From the NCBI GenBank assembly GCA_027604505.1, contig JADIIX010000009.1, forward strand, positions 186,001 through 250,000: a stretch of DNA of 64,000 bases. Reading direction: 5' to 3'. Below, piece by piece: positions 49,893 through 62,844 of this stretch. The notes under the pieces are model-generated. The model made no database searches, was not told the DNA's origin, and saw only the letters and a list, made by a program, of their open reading frames with translations. Both the position numbers and the translations under genes were made by a program. This DNA comes from Gonapodya sp. JEL0774 (Eukaryota). Position 1 is the first letter of the stretch. Each line of letters starts with the position of its first letter.

Positions 49893-50715
49893 CCAAGGTT
49901 GAGCCAACACGTTCCGCAAGGCACGTTTCGTTGAAAAATCCTCATGTCGACAATGTTGTGTTGCGATTTATGTCGAGGATCAGCGGAGAAAGCGTTGTTG
50001 GGAGTCATACAAAAGAGTGAGGACAAAGTGTACACTGATAACAACGCCCGACGGAATAAGGCGTCTGCCGGCCTCATTCAATATACTCACACACACAAAC
50101 TAAAACGCTTCCCCCTCGTTCGCCTCGCTCACTTTGGGTGCACATGGTCTTTTCGAGTCCCCTGTCGAAACTCTTTCTTTTCTTCTTTTCTCGTCTTTGA
50201 ACGACTGTAGTACCGAAATATCCTAATAGATGGGTTTGATCTCACACGTTTGCTCCCCCCTTTTTTTTCGCGACTTGTTGTGAGGGTGCACAAAGTGTGT
50301 CAGAGGGAGGTGCAAGGGCAGGAGGGATGGTGCGGGGATAATTTTGCGGGCCAGCACACCACATTGCAGTTTCAGAGCAAAGATTTGAAGGGACAGGAGG
50401 GGTACCGGGAGACACAGAGAAGCAGGAAAAGCAAATAAGGGTAATTTCAGTGTTGATATTGGGAGGGCGAGCGGGTGAGTTGTGAGATGAGATTTGGAGA
50501 GGGGGAGCAGGATGAGGGAGGAGAGAGAGGAGGGAGTTGGGAGAGGAGGGGCAATGCGGGTGCAAAGAGCACAGGGGAAGGAGGGAGCGATTGAGGGGAG
50601 GAACAGCAGAGAGTGGGAGGACGGGGGATGCAGGGGACGGGAGAAAGGGGAGCGGGGTGTGTTGTGGGTGTGTGGTGGGGTGCGCAGTGGGGCAGGACTC
50701 GGTCAAGGGTGGACG

Positions 50716-50825
50716 CTCGCTCTCTCTCTCTCTCTCACGCACGCACGATCCACCCTTCTCCCTCCCTCCCTCTCTCTCTCTTTCTCCCTCTCTCTCTCTC
50801 TCCCTCTCCCTCACCCTCTCTCTCG
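50716..50825. repeat. Imperfect (CT)n polypyrimidine microsatellite
   Basis: ctctctctctctctctc and ccctctctctctc runs upstream of the long + strand ORF. Confidence 0.8.
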
Positions 50826-51150
50826 CGCCCTCCCTCATCCTCACCCACGCCAGACCGTCGCATCTTTGGCCATGCCGCCGTCCCGCCATCTCCACTCCCA
50901 CTCCCGCCCTCTCAACCTCAGACTCTGCAACCCCCCTTTCCGCCCTCTCTCACCTCCCCTGCCAAACTCAGATCCTCCACCTCCTCCCCCTCTCGTCCCC
51001 CTTCCCTGCGTTCCACCGCTCCCTCCCATCCCTCCTCCCTCCTCTTCTGCATTCGACCGCATCCACTTCTCTCCCTCCCCTCCTCCTCTGCCCGTCTCTC
51101 CTTCCCCCTTCCTCTCCCTCTCCCTCTCCTCCTCTCAATCTCATCAATCG

Positions 51151-54100
51151 ATGCACTCCCCTTCCGCTGCTGCCCTCTCCCTTCCTCAATCCTCCCTCCC
51201 TTCAAAACGCAAACTCTCCCACTCCCCGCCTCCCTCCTCCTCATCCTCCTCTTCCCCCGCTCACCCTCCGCGCAACCCGTCCTCCTCCGCTCCCCCGCCT
51301 CCCACGCCCCCTCTCCCCTCCTCCAAACGCCGCCGCACCCACTCAAACCACACCATCCACCCAGACAAGTCCACCAACCACTCCCACTCCATCTCAGCGG
51401 ACCACTCCCTCCCTGGCCCAGGTGAGTTCCATGCCCCGCTCTCTGTCTCCCGTCTCCATTGCTCCATCTCTTCCCCACCCACCCACACTTACAGTCACCT
51501 CCTTTCACCGCACCCAGCCCCCTCCACCTCCCCGCACTCCCCACACACACCCCCAACACCCCCCGTCACCCCCGTCATGGACATGGACGGCGGGGTAGGG
51601 AGGGGGGACCGTCAGGGGGACAGCGAGACGAGGGACAGGGAGAGCGGGGGCGACCTGGACCGGGACCGGGACATGGACGGTGCCGTGTACGAGGTCCTGG
51701 ACCCGGAGGAGTTGGACCAGGGGCACCTGGACGTGGATCCCGACGACGATGCAGAGACGCGGGTGGAGGAGGGCCAGAGGGACCGGGACCGGCACAAGCC
51801 CGAACCACCACCCACCGGTCCCGGGCTCGGGCAAAGTGGACCTGGATCTGGACCTGAACCCGCGCCACCACCTCTGCCGTCCCCGGTCCCGCCCGGTCGG
51901 GCACCCGCACTTCCCGCCGCGATCATGACTCCACCCACACCGGCACCCGCACCGGCACCGAACCGTCCTCCGAAGAAAATCACGGTGAAGCGCGCGGTAC
52001 AGGCTCAGGCTCAGGTTCAGACACAACAACAGGCCCAGGCTCAGACACAGGCGCACCCTCAGCAGGCCCCGGGCCGGCCCCGCGTCCCGCCGCCACCTCG
52101 TTCGTCCACGACCGCGACCCCGACCGGGACCGGGACCGGGACCGTGGCGCCTGCGAAACTTTTTCCGACGACGGTGCAGGTTCAGGTTCAGGCGCACCCG
52201 CGCAGCCACAGCCACATCCAAGGAGGAGCAGGGAGACGATCCGTGCCCGTGCCCGCGCCCGCGCCAGTGCCCGTGTCCGTGCCGGCAACCCCCCCGATCC
52301 CCCTCCCCCTCCCCATCCCCGGACCCAAAAAACTCCGCGCCCCCCGTGTCCACATGAAGATCCCCGGGCCCGTGCCCGTGCCCGTGCCTGTCCCCGTACC
52401 GGTCCCTGGTGCGGTATCGGGTCCTGGTGCGGTGTCGGTGTTGGGTCCTGGTCCTGGTTCGGTGTCGGTGTCGGTGCACGTCCCCCTCGCCGCCATGTCG
52501 GTGGCCACCACCACCTACGCGGCCCACCACAACCACAACCACAACCACAACGCCCACGCACATCCGCGAGCGCGAGCCCACCACATCGTGTACCCCTATG
52601 CCCACGTGCCGGTGCATACCCTGGTCGCGCAGGGGGGGGGCGGTGGCGGTGGGAGCGGCAACGGTGCATCGGGAAGGGGGAGGGGAAGGGGCAGGGGAAG
52701 GGGAAGGCCAAGGGGGAGGGGGTGGGGGGCGGGTGGGGGGTTTGTGGGAGGGACGCACCCGCATCCGCATGGGGGACCGGGACCGGGACCGGGACTGGGG
52801 CAGGGTGGTGGGTCCGAGGGCACGGACGCCGGGGTGGTGGTGGTGCACCCGGTGGCGGAATCGGAATCGGAATCGGAATCGGACGCACCTGCACCCGCAC
52901 CCGCACCTACCAGCAGCACACTCTCGGCCACTCGGGATGTCACCTTACCCCCCGCAACCGCCACCGACACCGCCACAAGCGCCTCCCCCCGTCCACTCGC
53001 CCACGCCCCCGCGCCCCCGGTTCCCCCCCCACACCACACCCTGCCCCCGGCCGCCCTCGACCCCGTCTCGGCCGCCCTCGCGGGCGTCGCGGTCGGGCTC
53101 GTGAGCGGGGGGAGGGGAGCCGGGGTCGGGATGGTCAAATCGGCGCCGGTGAGGGTTGGGGGGGAGGATGTGGAGGGCGGTGCGGGGACTGCGATGGGAA
53201 GCGCGGGAGCGGGGGGTCATGGCGCGAGGAGGACCCTGAGGGGATCCAATGGGGGTGGTGCGGGACCAAACGGCGGCGGCGGCGGCGGCGATGGCCCGGT
53301 GTACGGTGTGCCTCATACCCAAGGACAAGGACAAGGACCCGTGTCGCACTCGCACTCGCACCGGCACCAGACGCACCACACGTACCCAACCAACACCAAC
53401 ACCAACACGCACGCGCACTCTCACTCGCACTTGCAAACGCACGCACTTGTCCATACAGGTACAGGACGGACACGGACGCCCGTGGTGGCCGTGCACCAGC
53501 CCGTCAGGAGGTCGGGGAGGGACAGGGACGGGGCGGGGGCCAGGGTGGCGGGAGCTGGCGCGGGGATGGGCGTGGGCGGGAGGACACCGGGTGGTGTGGG
53601 GCAGGGGCAGGTGGTGGTGCGACTGCAGGGGCAGGGGCATGGAGTGGTGGGGAGGGGTGCGGGTTTGGGGAGGAGGAGGTCGGCCGCGGCGGGGGTGGTG
53701 GTGCAGGACGGGACGGGATGGACAGGCGGTGGTTGGGTGCCCGCACATGCACATGGAACCGCCGGCACACTTGTCCCGCAAGAATTTTCCGAGGCGGACG
53801 ACAGCGAGAGTGACGGAGACGACGAGAGTGGAAGCGAGTGGGGTGGGGGAGGGGGCGGGGGCATGTTGGCCAAGGCGGTCGCCGTGGCGGGAGCGGGCGC
53901 GGGCGCAGCGGGGGTGGGCGCCGGTTCCGGACAAGTCGTGGACGTGGACGGGAGCAGCGACAGTGACAGTGATTGGTCCATGGACGATGATGGGGATGGG
54001 GACGGGGAAGAGGGGTATGGGTATGGGCCGCGCTGGCGCAGAGTGGCCGCTCAGTCCATGTCCACATCCGACGAGGAGGAGTACGATGAGGACGGCGAGT

Positions 54101-55287
54101 CCGAGGGCGAGACGGGCTCGGACACGGACACGGTGACGGGCTCGATCGGGCGTGGACGTGAGCGTGGGGGGAGGACCAGCACACTCACACTCGCACGAGC
54201 TCAGCCCCAGCCCTCGGCCGGTATCGGGCCCATCGACGCGCTCGACTTATTGGAGACACTGGACTCGATGGATGCGTTGGACGTGCTGGACGCGGTGGCG
54301 GTGGCTGCGGCGGAGGCGGAGGCGGTGGTGGTGGCCGGGAGAAACGAGGGGGTGTCCTCGGGGAGCGACGTGGATGTGGATCGGACTGTGGTACAAGAGT
54401 GTTCCGACTCGGGTATGATGACGGACCTTGTGGGACTGATGGGGGACGTTTCGAGACCTGGGACTGTGACTGCCGACATTGACATTGAGCGGGTACCTCA
54501 CGACGGAGCCGGGGAGCGAGGTGTGTTGCGCGTGGTGGTGGCCGACACGCGAAGTGCGGACTCTGCCGTGGAAATGGCGGAGAGGAGTGATGTGGTGGAG
54601 GTTGATGAGGTGCCGGGACCAGCACAGAGAATCCACCCTCATGCCGTGCCAGCGCCCAACGACTTCATGGGTGAAAACGCGACATCGTGCCCTTCGTCTC
54701 CCCAATCACCTCCGTCCTCGCCAGTCCTTCCGCCCCCCTCGGCACTCATCCTGGCCCCTAACGTGTGCTCCACTCGGTTCGCCAAACTGCGGAGCAGACG
54801 TCTCCGCAGGGCCATGAAGGGATCCGGATCTGATGCCGCGTGGTTTCCCTCATCTGATGCCGACGACACGTTCTCCGTGGCTGTGGCGGTCGCGGAACTC
54901 GAATCGGAACTCGAGAAGGAAAACGTGCCGATCGTCAAGCAGGAGCCAGTGTGGGATAAGGCCACGGTCTTGGTACTTGCGGGACTGGGAATCCCCCTGC
55001 CGCTTTTGCTGGCGCTGTACCCCTCATACCGCATGACCTCGGTGCCGGCCTCGGAACCGTCCGCACCCACCGCCTCCATGACGATCCTTGCCGCCGAGCC
55101 GGTTCCTTTGGCGCCGAGTGGGGAGATCCAAGATGTGTTCAAGCTGCATGATTTGCCGCTCATGCACGCGTGGAAATACGGGTGGAGGAATTTGGGGATT
55201 CCGAGCGGAGTGAGCTCGGGCGGGACTGCCGGTGTGTTTGCGGAAGCACAAGGGAATGATCGGAGAGGGAAGAGTACAGTGGTATAA
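51151..55287 (+). CDS. Large low-complexity, probably disordered protein with AT-hook/RG motif
   Basis: Part of a stop-free 1597-codon frame (50494-55287). Likely ATG 51151 (MHSPSAAA...SKRKLS, SSKRRR NLS-like); likely intron 51422-about 51493; dipeptide repeats PV, QA, HN, GP, ES; GRGRGRGRGRGRPRGRG near 52670-52722; acidic tract. Confidence 0.6.
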   Translation: MHSPSAAALSLPQSSLPSKRKLSHSPPPSSSSSSSPAHPPRNPSSSAPPPPTPPLPSSKRRRTHSNHTIHPDKSTNHSHSISADHSLPGPGEFHAPLSVSRLHCSISSPPTHTYSHLLSPHPAPSTSPHSPHTPPTPPVTPVMDMDGGVGRGDRQGDSETRDRESGGDLDRDRDMDGAVYEVLDPEELDQGHLDVDPDDDAETRVEEGQRDRDRHKPEPPPTGPGLGQSGPGSGPEPAPPPLPSPVPPGRAPALPAAIMTPPTPAPAPAPNRPPKKITVKRAVQAQAQVQTQQQAQAQTQAHPQQAPGRPRVPPPPRSSTTATPTGTGTGTVAPAKLFPTTVQVQVQAHPRSHSHIQGGAGRRSVPVPAPAPVPVSVPATPPIPLPLPIPGPKKLRAPRVHMKIPGPVPVPVPVPVPVPGAVSGPGAVSVLGPGPGSVSVSVHVPLAAMSVATTTYAAHHNHNHNHNAHAHPRARAHHIVYPYAHVPVHTLVAQGGGGGGGSGNGASGRGRGRGRGRGRPRGRGWGAGGGFVGGTHPHPHGGPGPGPGLGQGGGSEGTDAGVVVVHPVAESESESESDAPAPAPAPTSSTLSATRDVTLPPATATDTATSASPRPLAHAPAPPVPPPHHTLPPAALDPVSAALAGVAVGLVSGGRGAGVGMVKSAPVRVGGEDVEGGAGTAMGSAGAGGHGARRTLRGSNGGGAGPNGGGGGGDGPVYGVPHTQGQGQGPVSHSHSHRHQTHHTYPTNTNTNTHAHSHSHLQTHALVHTGTGRTRTPVVAVHQPVRRSGRDRDGAGARVAGAGAGMGVGGRTPGGVGQGQVVVRLQGQGHGVVGRGAGLGRRRSAAAGVVVQDGTGWTGGGWVPAHAHGTAGTLVPQEFSEADDSESDGDDESGSEWGGGGGGGMLAKAVAVAGAGAGAAGVGAGSGQVVDVDGSSDSDSDWSMDDDGDGDGEEGYGYGPRWRRVAAQSMSTSDEEEYDEDGESEGETGSDTDTVTGSIGRGRERGGRTSTLTLARAQPQPSAGIGPIDALDLLETLDSMDALDVLDAVAVAAAEAEAVVVAGRNEGVSSGSDVDVDRTVVQECSDSGMMTDLVGLMGDVSRPGTVTADIDIERVPHDGAGERGVLRVVVADTRSADSAVEMAERSDVVEVDEVPGPAQRIHPHAVPAPNDFMGENATSCPSSPQSPPSSPVLPPPSALILAPNVCSTRFAKLRSRRLRRAMKGSGSDAAWFPSSDADDTFSVAVAVAELESELEKENVPIVKQEPVWDKATVLVLAGLGIPLPLLLALYPSYRMTSVPASEPSAPTASMTILAAEPVPLAPSGEIQDVFKLHDLPLMHAWKYGWRNLGIPSGVSSGGTAGVFAEAQGNDRRGKSTVV

Positions 55288-55760
55288 TGGGATGTGTTGG
55301 ACCTGTGGGGTGCGTGGACGCGCGGTGGGTGGGGTGCAGGTGGAATGCGAATTGAACGGCAAATTTTGAATCTGTGGTGCCGGTTGACCAGACACTATTT
55401 GAATGGGTGGAGTTGTTGTGGAATGATGTTATTGTTGTTCCTTTGGCAGGCACGTCTGCCACTCCTTATACCCCAGTTTATCATGATTGATGTGCGACAT
55501 GTAATATGCATTCAATTCATTGGGAGCGCACTGATCGTCGGTAATGGGTATACAACATAAAGCGTTCACTACTTGTTGACAGATGCGGACCCCGTGCTAA
55601 CGAGGGTTGTAATGCAGTATAATATCAATGGGTGTTCTTCAGAAGATCAATAAATGAGAGTTTCTACGATGCAAGAAATCTTGGTGGCTTGATGTCCATC
55701 ATTCAGCGAGGTGTCCCAACACAATTTCATCCCTCGGGGTCCGCTTCGCACGATCACAAA

Positions 55761-58000
55761 TCATTTGTCAGTTGCCTCGAGGGTCGCTGGTAGAACATCG
55801 AGTTCGACATGGCTGTTGGAATACAGCTGATGAGGAGCTTCCGCAACGTTGGCACTGGGTGTCTGTGTTTCCGGCACACCACCGTTCTCATTCTTGCTCA
55901 TGAGCAAGGGTTGGAGTCCAGATTCCTGTTGTTCTGAATCAACAAGCATCTCTGCCTGAGCGAGTTCCAACAGGGCTTCTTCGAGCGAACTGCACAAGAG
56001 GTAACGGGTTATCAGTTGCGATCCGTCTCGGTTTCGTAAACTGTAATAGCTCGAAGCTCACCCAAGCAAAATTTGTAGATGGACAGGCGCTGATGCCACC
56101 CCACCCGTGAGACCAAGCGACTTGAGAATCCTCGCGACCGGGCCTTGGCTACCACCAAACAAAACGTCTTCGTCTCCGCGGCTACGGGGCAAATTAAAAG
56201 ACGAAATCGCAATGCGGTCTTCCACCTCAAAATGGCTTGCAACTTTTCGACTCCTCCTCTCCATAACAGCGTGCATTTCCGCAGCGACGGCGGAAATAAC
56301 GCCATTGAACAAGGTTCTGTCGTCCCCCGTCAGAAGAGGCGAATTGCGATAGTACCCCAGGAAAGAGAACCAATTCAGAAGCTTCAAGTACGCCCGAAGA
56401 AGAGCGTTGTAGGCAGCGAGAAGTTCGTACGATTGCAACTCGGGGGGCACTGACTGACTTCTTGCGATGGAGTGGTTCTCTTCGATTACTTTACTTTTGC
56501 CGATCGGTTTGACCACATCACCCGTCATTCCGTGCGCTTTGTTCGCAACCAGATTGCGGCTCCATCTCCACTTGTGGTACCAGCTGATAGGGCTATTCTC
56601 AACCTCCTTCATTGCCTGCTCGGTATCTCCTACAAGATTGAATATGGTGGCAAATGTTCCTTGGATGCTTGCGGTAATGGGGTCACAAGTTGCTGACCAA
56701 ACCCTGTCCAGTATGGTCCTGGTGAGGTGCGTTGTTGGAGATAGACGCATGCGGTGTTCACACACGTACATGTGAGCGATGTGCATTTCAACAAACGCAA
56801 TCCGCTTGTGGAAAATTCGCTGAAATTGTGGTAGAGCCGGACAGGCAAGGCTCCAATTTAGGCTGAAATGTTTCTCCACGGAAATTTACCGCTCACCTGA
56901 TAGTGAAGAAAAGAAAGAAAGAAGTTGACCAAGCTCGCAACCACAAACGAGGTGAGAATGGCGATTGCACGCACAATCACTTCACATAAAAGCCAGAACA
57001 GCGTTTTGCTATGTGACGTGACATCATACAAACCAAAACAGCTTTTCAACACTCACGAACGTGAAACCACGAAGGTGAAGCTGGCCACCAGCTTGCAAGA
57101 GGCTCCCACTGATGGCCGGAAATAGTGAGAGGATCATATCTTTTTCCCCACGCAATTCTCGCAAAAGCACCGACGCACCGTTTGTGGCACCAGCTGAACA
57201 TAAAGCGCAGAGAATACAACGGAGCTTATGCACCCAAAATCCCTCTGCATTCACTATTCGTAAGCACGGAGTCGTCAAAATCTCCAACAATTGCTGAAAT
57301 ACCTCCCACCCCATTAGGTAGAGCGTGTAGATTCCCAAAGCTGATCCAATAGGCACAGTGAAGAACTGGCCGACGTTGTCATGCGCCCAACCAATGATTA
57401 CGAAAATTATACCCCATAGCGATCCGATCATTGCCGCCGAGAACGTGCCGAGGCCTGTTTTGATCCCTCGTGAGAATACCTCAGAGAGTATGAGAAACAC
57501 GGTGAAGGTGGAGGAAACGGAGTCAGGATTCTTGGTGATGTATCTTGATGTGGAGTAGTCATCGAGCATTGAATCCACAGCCATCTGCGATTCGGTACCG
57601 AGTGCACTTCTATTCACTCACTTGTCAGAGACTAGGCAAAGGAGCAACGAAAAGAAAGTTTTGGCCAGAACCCACCAGGGTCCCTATGTACGAGAAGCGA
57701 TGGTATCACGCTGTGAAGGAATGCATGGTCTTGGTTTAAACGTACCATTGATAGGTAAAGGCGCCGGAGAGTGAGCGCTCCTACTATCCTATCCGCAACA
57801 GATTGCCTTTTCAACACTTGAGCACTCGGCGCGGATGTAAGCCGGCGTCGGATTTGGGATCCCGCTGTATTTACGTCGAGATTCATGTTGATGTCCCGTT
57901 GAAGTGGAGGGGTTCGAAGAGCGAAGGGTTCTGCTGGACGCTGGAAGGGGTGGTCCTCGGAAGGACCTTCCTTCCTCAAATCCTCCAAGCGTAACTCCAT
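55761..58000 (-). CDS. Multi-exon multi-pass membrane protein, possibly aromatic acid exporter/FUSC-like
   Basis: Hydrophobic exons (STFTVFLIL...KTGLGTFSAAMIGSLWGIIFVIIG; VPIGSALGIYTLYLMGW; VRAIAILTSFVVASLVNFFLSF) followed by a helical soluble domain. Family call tentative. Confidence 0.55.
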
Positions 58001-58246
58001 GTGCACTTGTGAATAGCACTAAGAATCAAATCGCGTTGCTTCAACCATTAAGTGGCAACGAAAGAGAGAGCAACAGGTGGCAGCTCGGTGGCGCCAGGAG
58101 GTTTTCAGATCTTGCGCTACGGGCAATACACGGAAGGGGACGCATGTGTGAACTTTTCAATATTAATGGCATATTCACTCTAAAGATGTGATCTATATTC
58201 AGTACTTTTGAGACAAGAGTGCCCGATACAACACACATAGGCTTTT

Positions 58247-60747
58247 TCAGTTCTTGAGAAAGTGAGTTGGCCTTTCGCCAACACCTTTACATGCAGGAAC
58301 ATGATGAATTTCAATTTATGGTGAGAAGAAATGCTTGTCGGCGCATAGGTACTGTCCTCACCTCCATAATGATCGAAAATTATGCCAGCGACTGTGTACG
58401 CTAATTTGTCACAGTTTGTTTGTGTGTCGGCTTCAGCGTACACACGCACAATATCCTCAGTGCCGGAAGGCCTAAATGCCGAGGTCAGCACAATCTTATA
58501 TACAAGAATCAAACCGAAATGACAAGATTTACCTCACAAAAGACCTGCCATCTTTGAACTTTGCTACTTCCGCATTGATTTTGTCCTGCAGACCCAGAGG
58601 TTCGAGGAGCTCCTGCTCAGCATTGGTAGTCTTGAATGCCAAGCGATTCGCGACCTACGAGTGTGATAAACCGTACCGTGTGATCACCTTAGCACACAAG
58701 GAAACCAACGTGGAGGACCTCCAATCTCCCCTTACTTACTTTGACTTTTTCCTGTCGGTTGGGCACCTCGGTGTAGAAAGTAGCCCAGCTCTCGAAAGTC
58801 CATCCTTTGTAAGCGAGAACTGCCACAACCGCGAGCATGTCAGAAATAGCGTCACCAACAGCTTGGTTGATCAAGTCGGTGAGGCATCCGAGGAACTCGA
58901 GGGCAGCAAGTTGTTGGGGTGTTTTGCTGTTCAAGCATCAAGTTAGCAAATGCGAATTCGACATTTCAAGGAGCAACCAATTTACCCCGATTTTTGTTTG
59001 ATTGCCTCCAAGAACGCCGGGCTGAATAGAACCGTGCCATGTCCATTCGCCTCAAAGTACACTCCAACATCATAGTGTTCCGCCTCGTGGTGCAGATACT
59101 TCACGCCCGTCGGTACCATGCTCACCGGGGCACGAACAACCTGCCTCAGATATCGAGTACTGGCGCCGTTCGCGTACGCAGTCTGGACGATCCCAACGTG
59201 TACTTTCTCGCCTGGTCGTACTTCGAGGTTTGCGATGGTTGCGAGCTCCATGACGGCTGAGGCAAACAGGGCGGCAATGTTATCACCGTCAAGCATTCGG
59301 AAGGTGCCGTCTGGGGGTTGAGATGAAGCATTTATAAGAGCACTCGGAATGACGGCGCTCGGTGCGGAATAGCTCACTGGGTTTGACAAAATAGAAAATC
59401 ACCCGGTCAGCATCTCCATCGAGCGACACACCATAAGTGCCTGGCACCATCGGAAAGTTTTCTGGCTGCTTTTGTTGAACTTTGACATGGTCAGCGCCAC
59501 ACTGGGAGCACGAGACGAAACGTAATAGAGATGAAGGGACATGGATAAAAGGATTGCAGGAAGAAGACAGCACCCACCTTATGGTTTAATTTTGTGAAGT
59601 CTTCAATATTGTCATTGAATGTAGTGATACTGATCGAGTCACCGAGGTACGGAAGGAGCGCCTTGAGTTTAGGTGCACCGACTCCGTTGGCACCATCAAC
59701 ATGGAGTAGGGGGATCTTGCCCTGCGTCAGTTCGTGTTCTCGTTGAAATCGAAAGCTGGACACAGCTAGCTTGCACATTACAGGCTTACGGTGCTGAACT
59801 TCATGATTCTCTTGAACGCGTCCCCCATCTTCTCGTAGTAACCCTTTTCGGTTGGCACACCATAAGCTTGGGTTGTCCCTTGTGTATTAAGAGCCCGAAC
59901 AACGTAGTGGAGTTGAGGGGTGGTAAACACGCCAAAGTCCGTGAGTTTTCCACCTGCTGCGTTTACGCCATCAGTGAACGAAGCTACGAGGGCAGGACCG
60001 GTGGACCTGTCCAAAAATTGAACCAACTCATTTCAGCGAGCTCAAGTCAAGGTTTGTCCACGTACCTCGTGTCCCGTGCCACCACAATTGCTGCAGATAC
60101 TCCCCAGTCAATCTTTTCCTTTTCTGCAATGGAAGCGATAACGTCTGGCACCAGGTCATCCGTCGCATTGGCGAGTTCGGTTGCGTACAGCTCCCATGAC
60201 TGCTCCAGCATCTCGCCAAGTGGATCAACGAGTTTCACTCCATTGTCCTTTAATGTGCCACAAACGCGTTGGCAGGGTAGGCGAGGAGGGATTGTCGCAA
60301 TCATAATTGGGTGCTCTTTGTCACCACAACCGAACAACATTGCGCGAGTAAGAGTATAATCACTGTCGCTCACTTCATTGGGATTGTGCGACGCAGTAAC
60401 CATGGATCCAATGACCTTTCCAGCCAACTTCTTTGAGCGAAGCACAGCAAGCAAGCCCATTCTGTACATCACAGAATCGAGCAAGCTGCCCCTACACGTC
60501 GAATGAAATCACGAAATCGATTGAGTGTCGCCATCACAATCAGCATCATTAGAGCACAGCTCTCGCTTCGAGCTCTGAATGCCCCATTGCAAAGGGGGGT
60601 GGAATGCTCCAATGCACACCACCAGGCAGCCCGAGAATCGACGTACTTGAGACGAAACCCGGCTGTTCCATAGGTGTACTTTGTACTTGGCTTTGGGTGC
60701 TTGAGACTCCCAGCCTTGATGATGTCCTTTGGGATGGTGGCAGTCAT
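58247..60747 (-). CDS. PCM1: Phosphoacetylglucosamine mutase (PGM3/AGM1)
   Basis: [15 protein letters not shown] (phospho-Ser), [86 protein letters not shown]. Confidence 0.96.
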
Positions 60748-61207
60748 GTGAATGGCCAGTGGAGGGACGGTTGGAGTTTGTATGAGGCTGGTCGTGGGAG
60801 TCCGCAGCCTTTCTATTCTCACTCAGAACTGAACAAAATTTGAAATCGTGGTGGAGCAAGACCTTCTCGCCAACAAAACATGGTGATGCTCTGATCCCGT
60901 TCATGACCTTCCGATGAATGTGGTCGACATTAGAATGTATGCAAATCAGAAGTTTACCCCCTTGGCCCATTTGAAATAAATCAGTGGCGTATGCTCAATC
61001 AGTTACGCTTGTGATCATTTTAAATAATTGCATTCATGCATTTACATATGTGTCTGGTGATAAATACAGTATGTTGTGTCTGCACTGTGACCAAGGTCGG
61101 TTGCGGAATGCAACTCCCGACTGTATTGTATGATCCGATTCTCATTAAGAGCACAATCTCTGTTCCAAACTCTCGCCTCTGCAACTATTCAGCCACGATC
61201 TCGCGCA

Positions 61208-62710
61208 ATGTCTACAAACATGCCTATCCGCCCAGCTGCAAGGTTAGTCAACTCGATTCCGTAATTTCGTCACATTCCGTTGCTCTATGGATGCTTTCAT
61301 GGTTTTCTGCGACGACAGCTTGATTGGATTCCTACGTTCATGGGACATGGCTTTGATAACTATCCCCCCAATGGTGCTCTGACTTACCTTCTTGTGTCGC
61401 AGCGTTATCATCGCGGCTCCGGCTCACGACACATCACCAGTTGATGCTGACTATCGCATTCTTATGATTCAACGTGGTGCTAGGGGTCCGTTTGGTGGAT
61501 TGACCGTTTGGCCGGTGCGTGGCTAGTTCCGGTTCCCTTGCAGTTGGCGCGCACAAAGACGCCAAACCATCACCTTCTGATACGTACAGGGTGGAGCGAT
61601 AGAACCCTCGGACGCTGATCCTGCGTGGACATCGGTATTGGAAAACGCGGGTGTCAGCTCCACTGAACTCGAAAGGCGATCACGCGAAACAGAATCACGT
61701 TTCTACATCGGAGCTCTGCGCGAAACCTTTGAAGAGGTCGGGATATTATTGGCGACTCCCAAGCGAAGATGGACAGAGGAGGAAATCTCCGAGTGGAGAG
61801 TCAAGGTGTGATTTCGAATTTGTACGAGAACAGAGACTGTGAGCTCGGTTCCTCACCGGCAGTAATTCTCAGGTCCACAACGACGCTTCCCAATTCATTC
61901 ACATGTTTACTGAAGGAGTTGGCAAGGGATACGCCCCTGATGTGCCCAGACTCGTCCATTGGTCAAATTGTGAGTTCCCGTGTTGGCTCCAATTCAGAGG
62001 CGCTGTCTTTATGTCTTTTTTCCTCTCGTTCTACCACGACTACCAAGGGATCACTCCTGCCATTGAATCGAAGAGATTTAACACCCATTTTTTTCTTGCT
62101 GTGTTACCATATCCCGCGGGCCGGGCCCACACCAAATTCACCGCCGCGGACGGAAAGGAAACGGTTTCTGTGCAATGGGTCACACCAAAGGAAGTCATTA
62201 CACAGTTTAAAGAAGGGAAAATCCGGTTGGTTACTTGAGATCGCGGACTTTGACTCGGAGAATTCTGATATTGAATTGGCCCTTACGCAATCCGCAACGC
62301 AATGCCTCGGAACAATCTATTCCCCAACCTGCAGCATGTTTCCACCACAGTACTACACGCTTCTCGATCTTATGAACAACTACCCGACCCTGAGTCACCT
62401 ATCTGCATTCGCCGACGGTGCAAAATCGCGCACTCTGTTTGAACGTATTCCTTCGTGCCCCGAAGCGAAACCGTCACCAGATGGTAGAATGATGCTTGTG
62501 TTGCCTGGGGATGAGCTCCACAGTGCGGAGGGCCTGGTGACTGTTGGCAGTGAGCAAGTGAAGGTGGAGAAAGCAGGCGGTAGAAACCGGTCATACATTC
62601 GGAGAGATAAGTCCGGGATCAATGATATAACCGTGGAGCGAAATGTGCCCAGGTCATGGATGAGTTGGGGTGAGGGACTCGACGATGGAAGAAAGGTGGG
62701 CATGTTGTAG
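61208..62710 (+). CDS. NUDT19: Nudix hydrolase, NUDT19-like
   Basis: RPAA-SVII, YRILMIQR, VWP-GGAIEPSD, ALRETFEEVGILL (split Nudix box), WSN-WITP...KRFNTHFF, DGKETV..QWVTP, MFPPQYY, LVLPGDELH. Confidence 0.88.
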
Positions 62711-62844
62711 TATAACGAACGTTACACAGTGGAGATATCAGATTACTGTAATAGTTTAGTTTTTTACACGAAATAGTGTTCGAAGTGCCAAAGGAATGAA
62801 TCTGGTGGGTTGCTGCATCAGGAGGGAGCGGCTTTTCGACCTCC

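Noticed and set aside
50494..51150. N-terminal part of the 1597 aa ORF and the many long overlapping ORFs at 46-55 kb
   Set aside because: Non-ATG start, translation of CT/GA microsatellite, and stop-codon scarcity in very GC-rich low-complexity DNA explain them.
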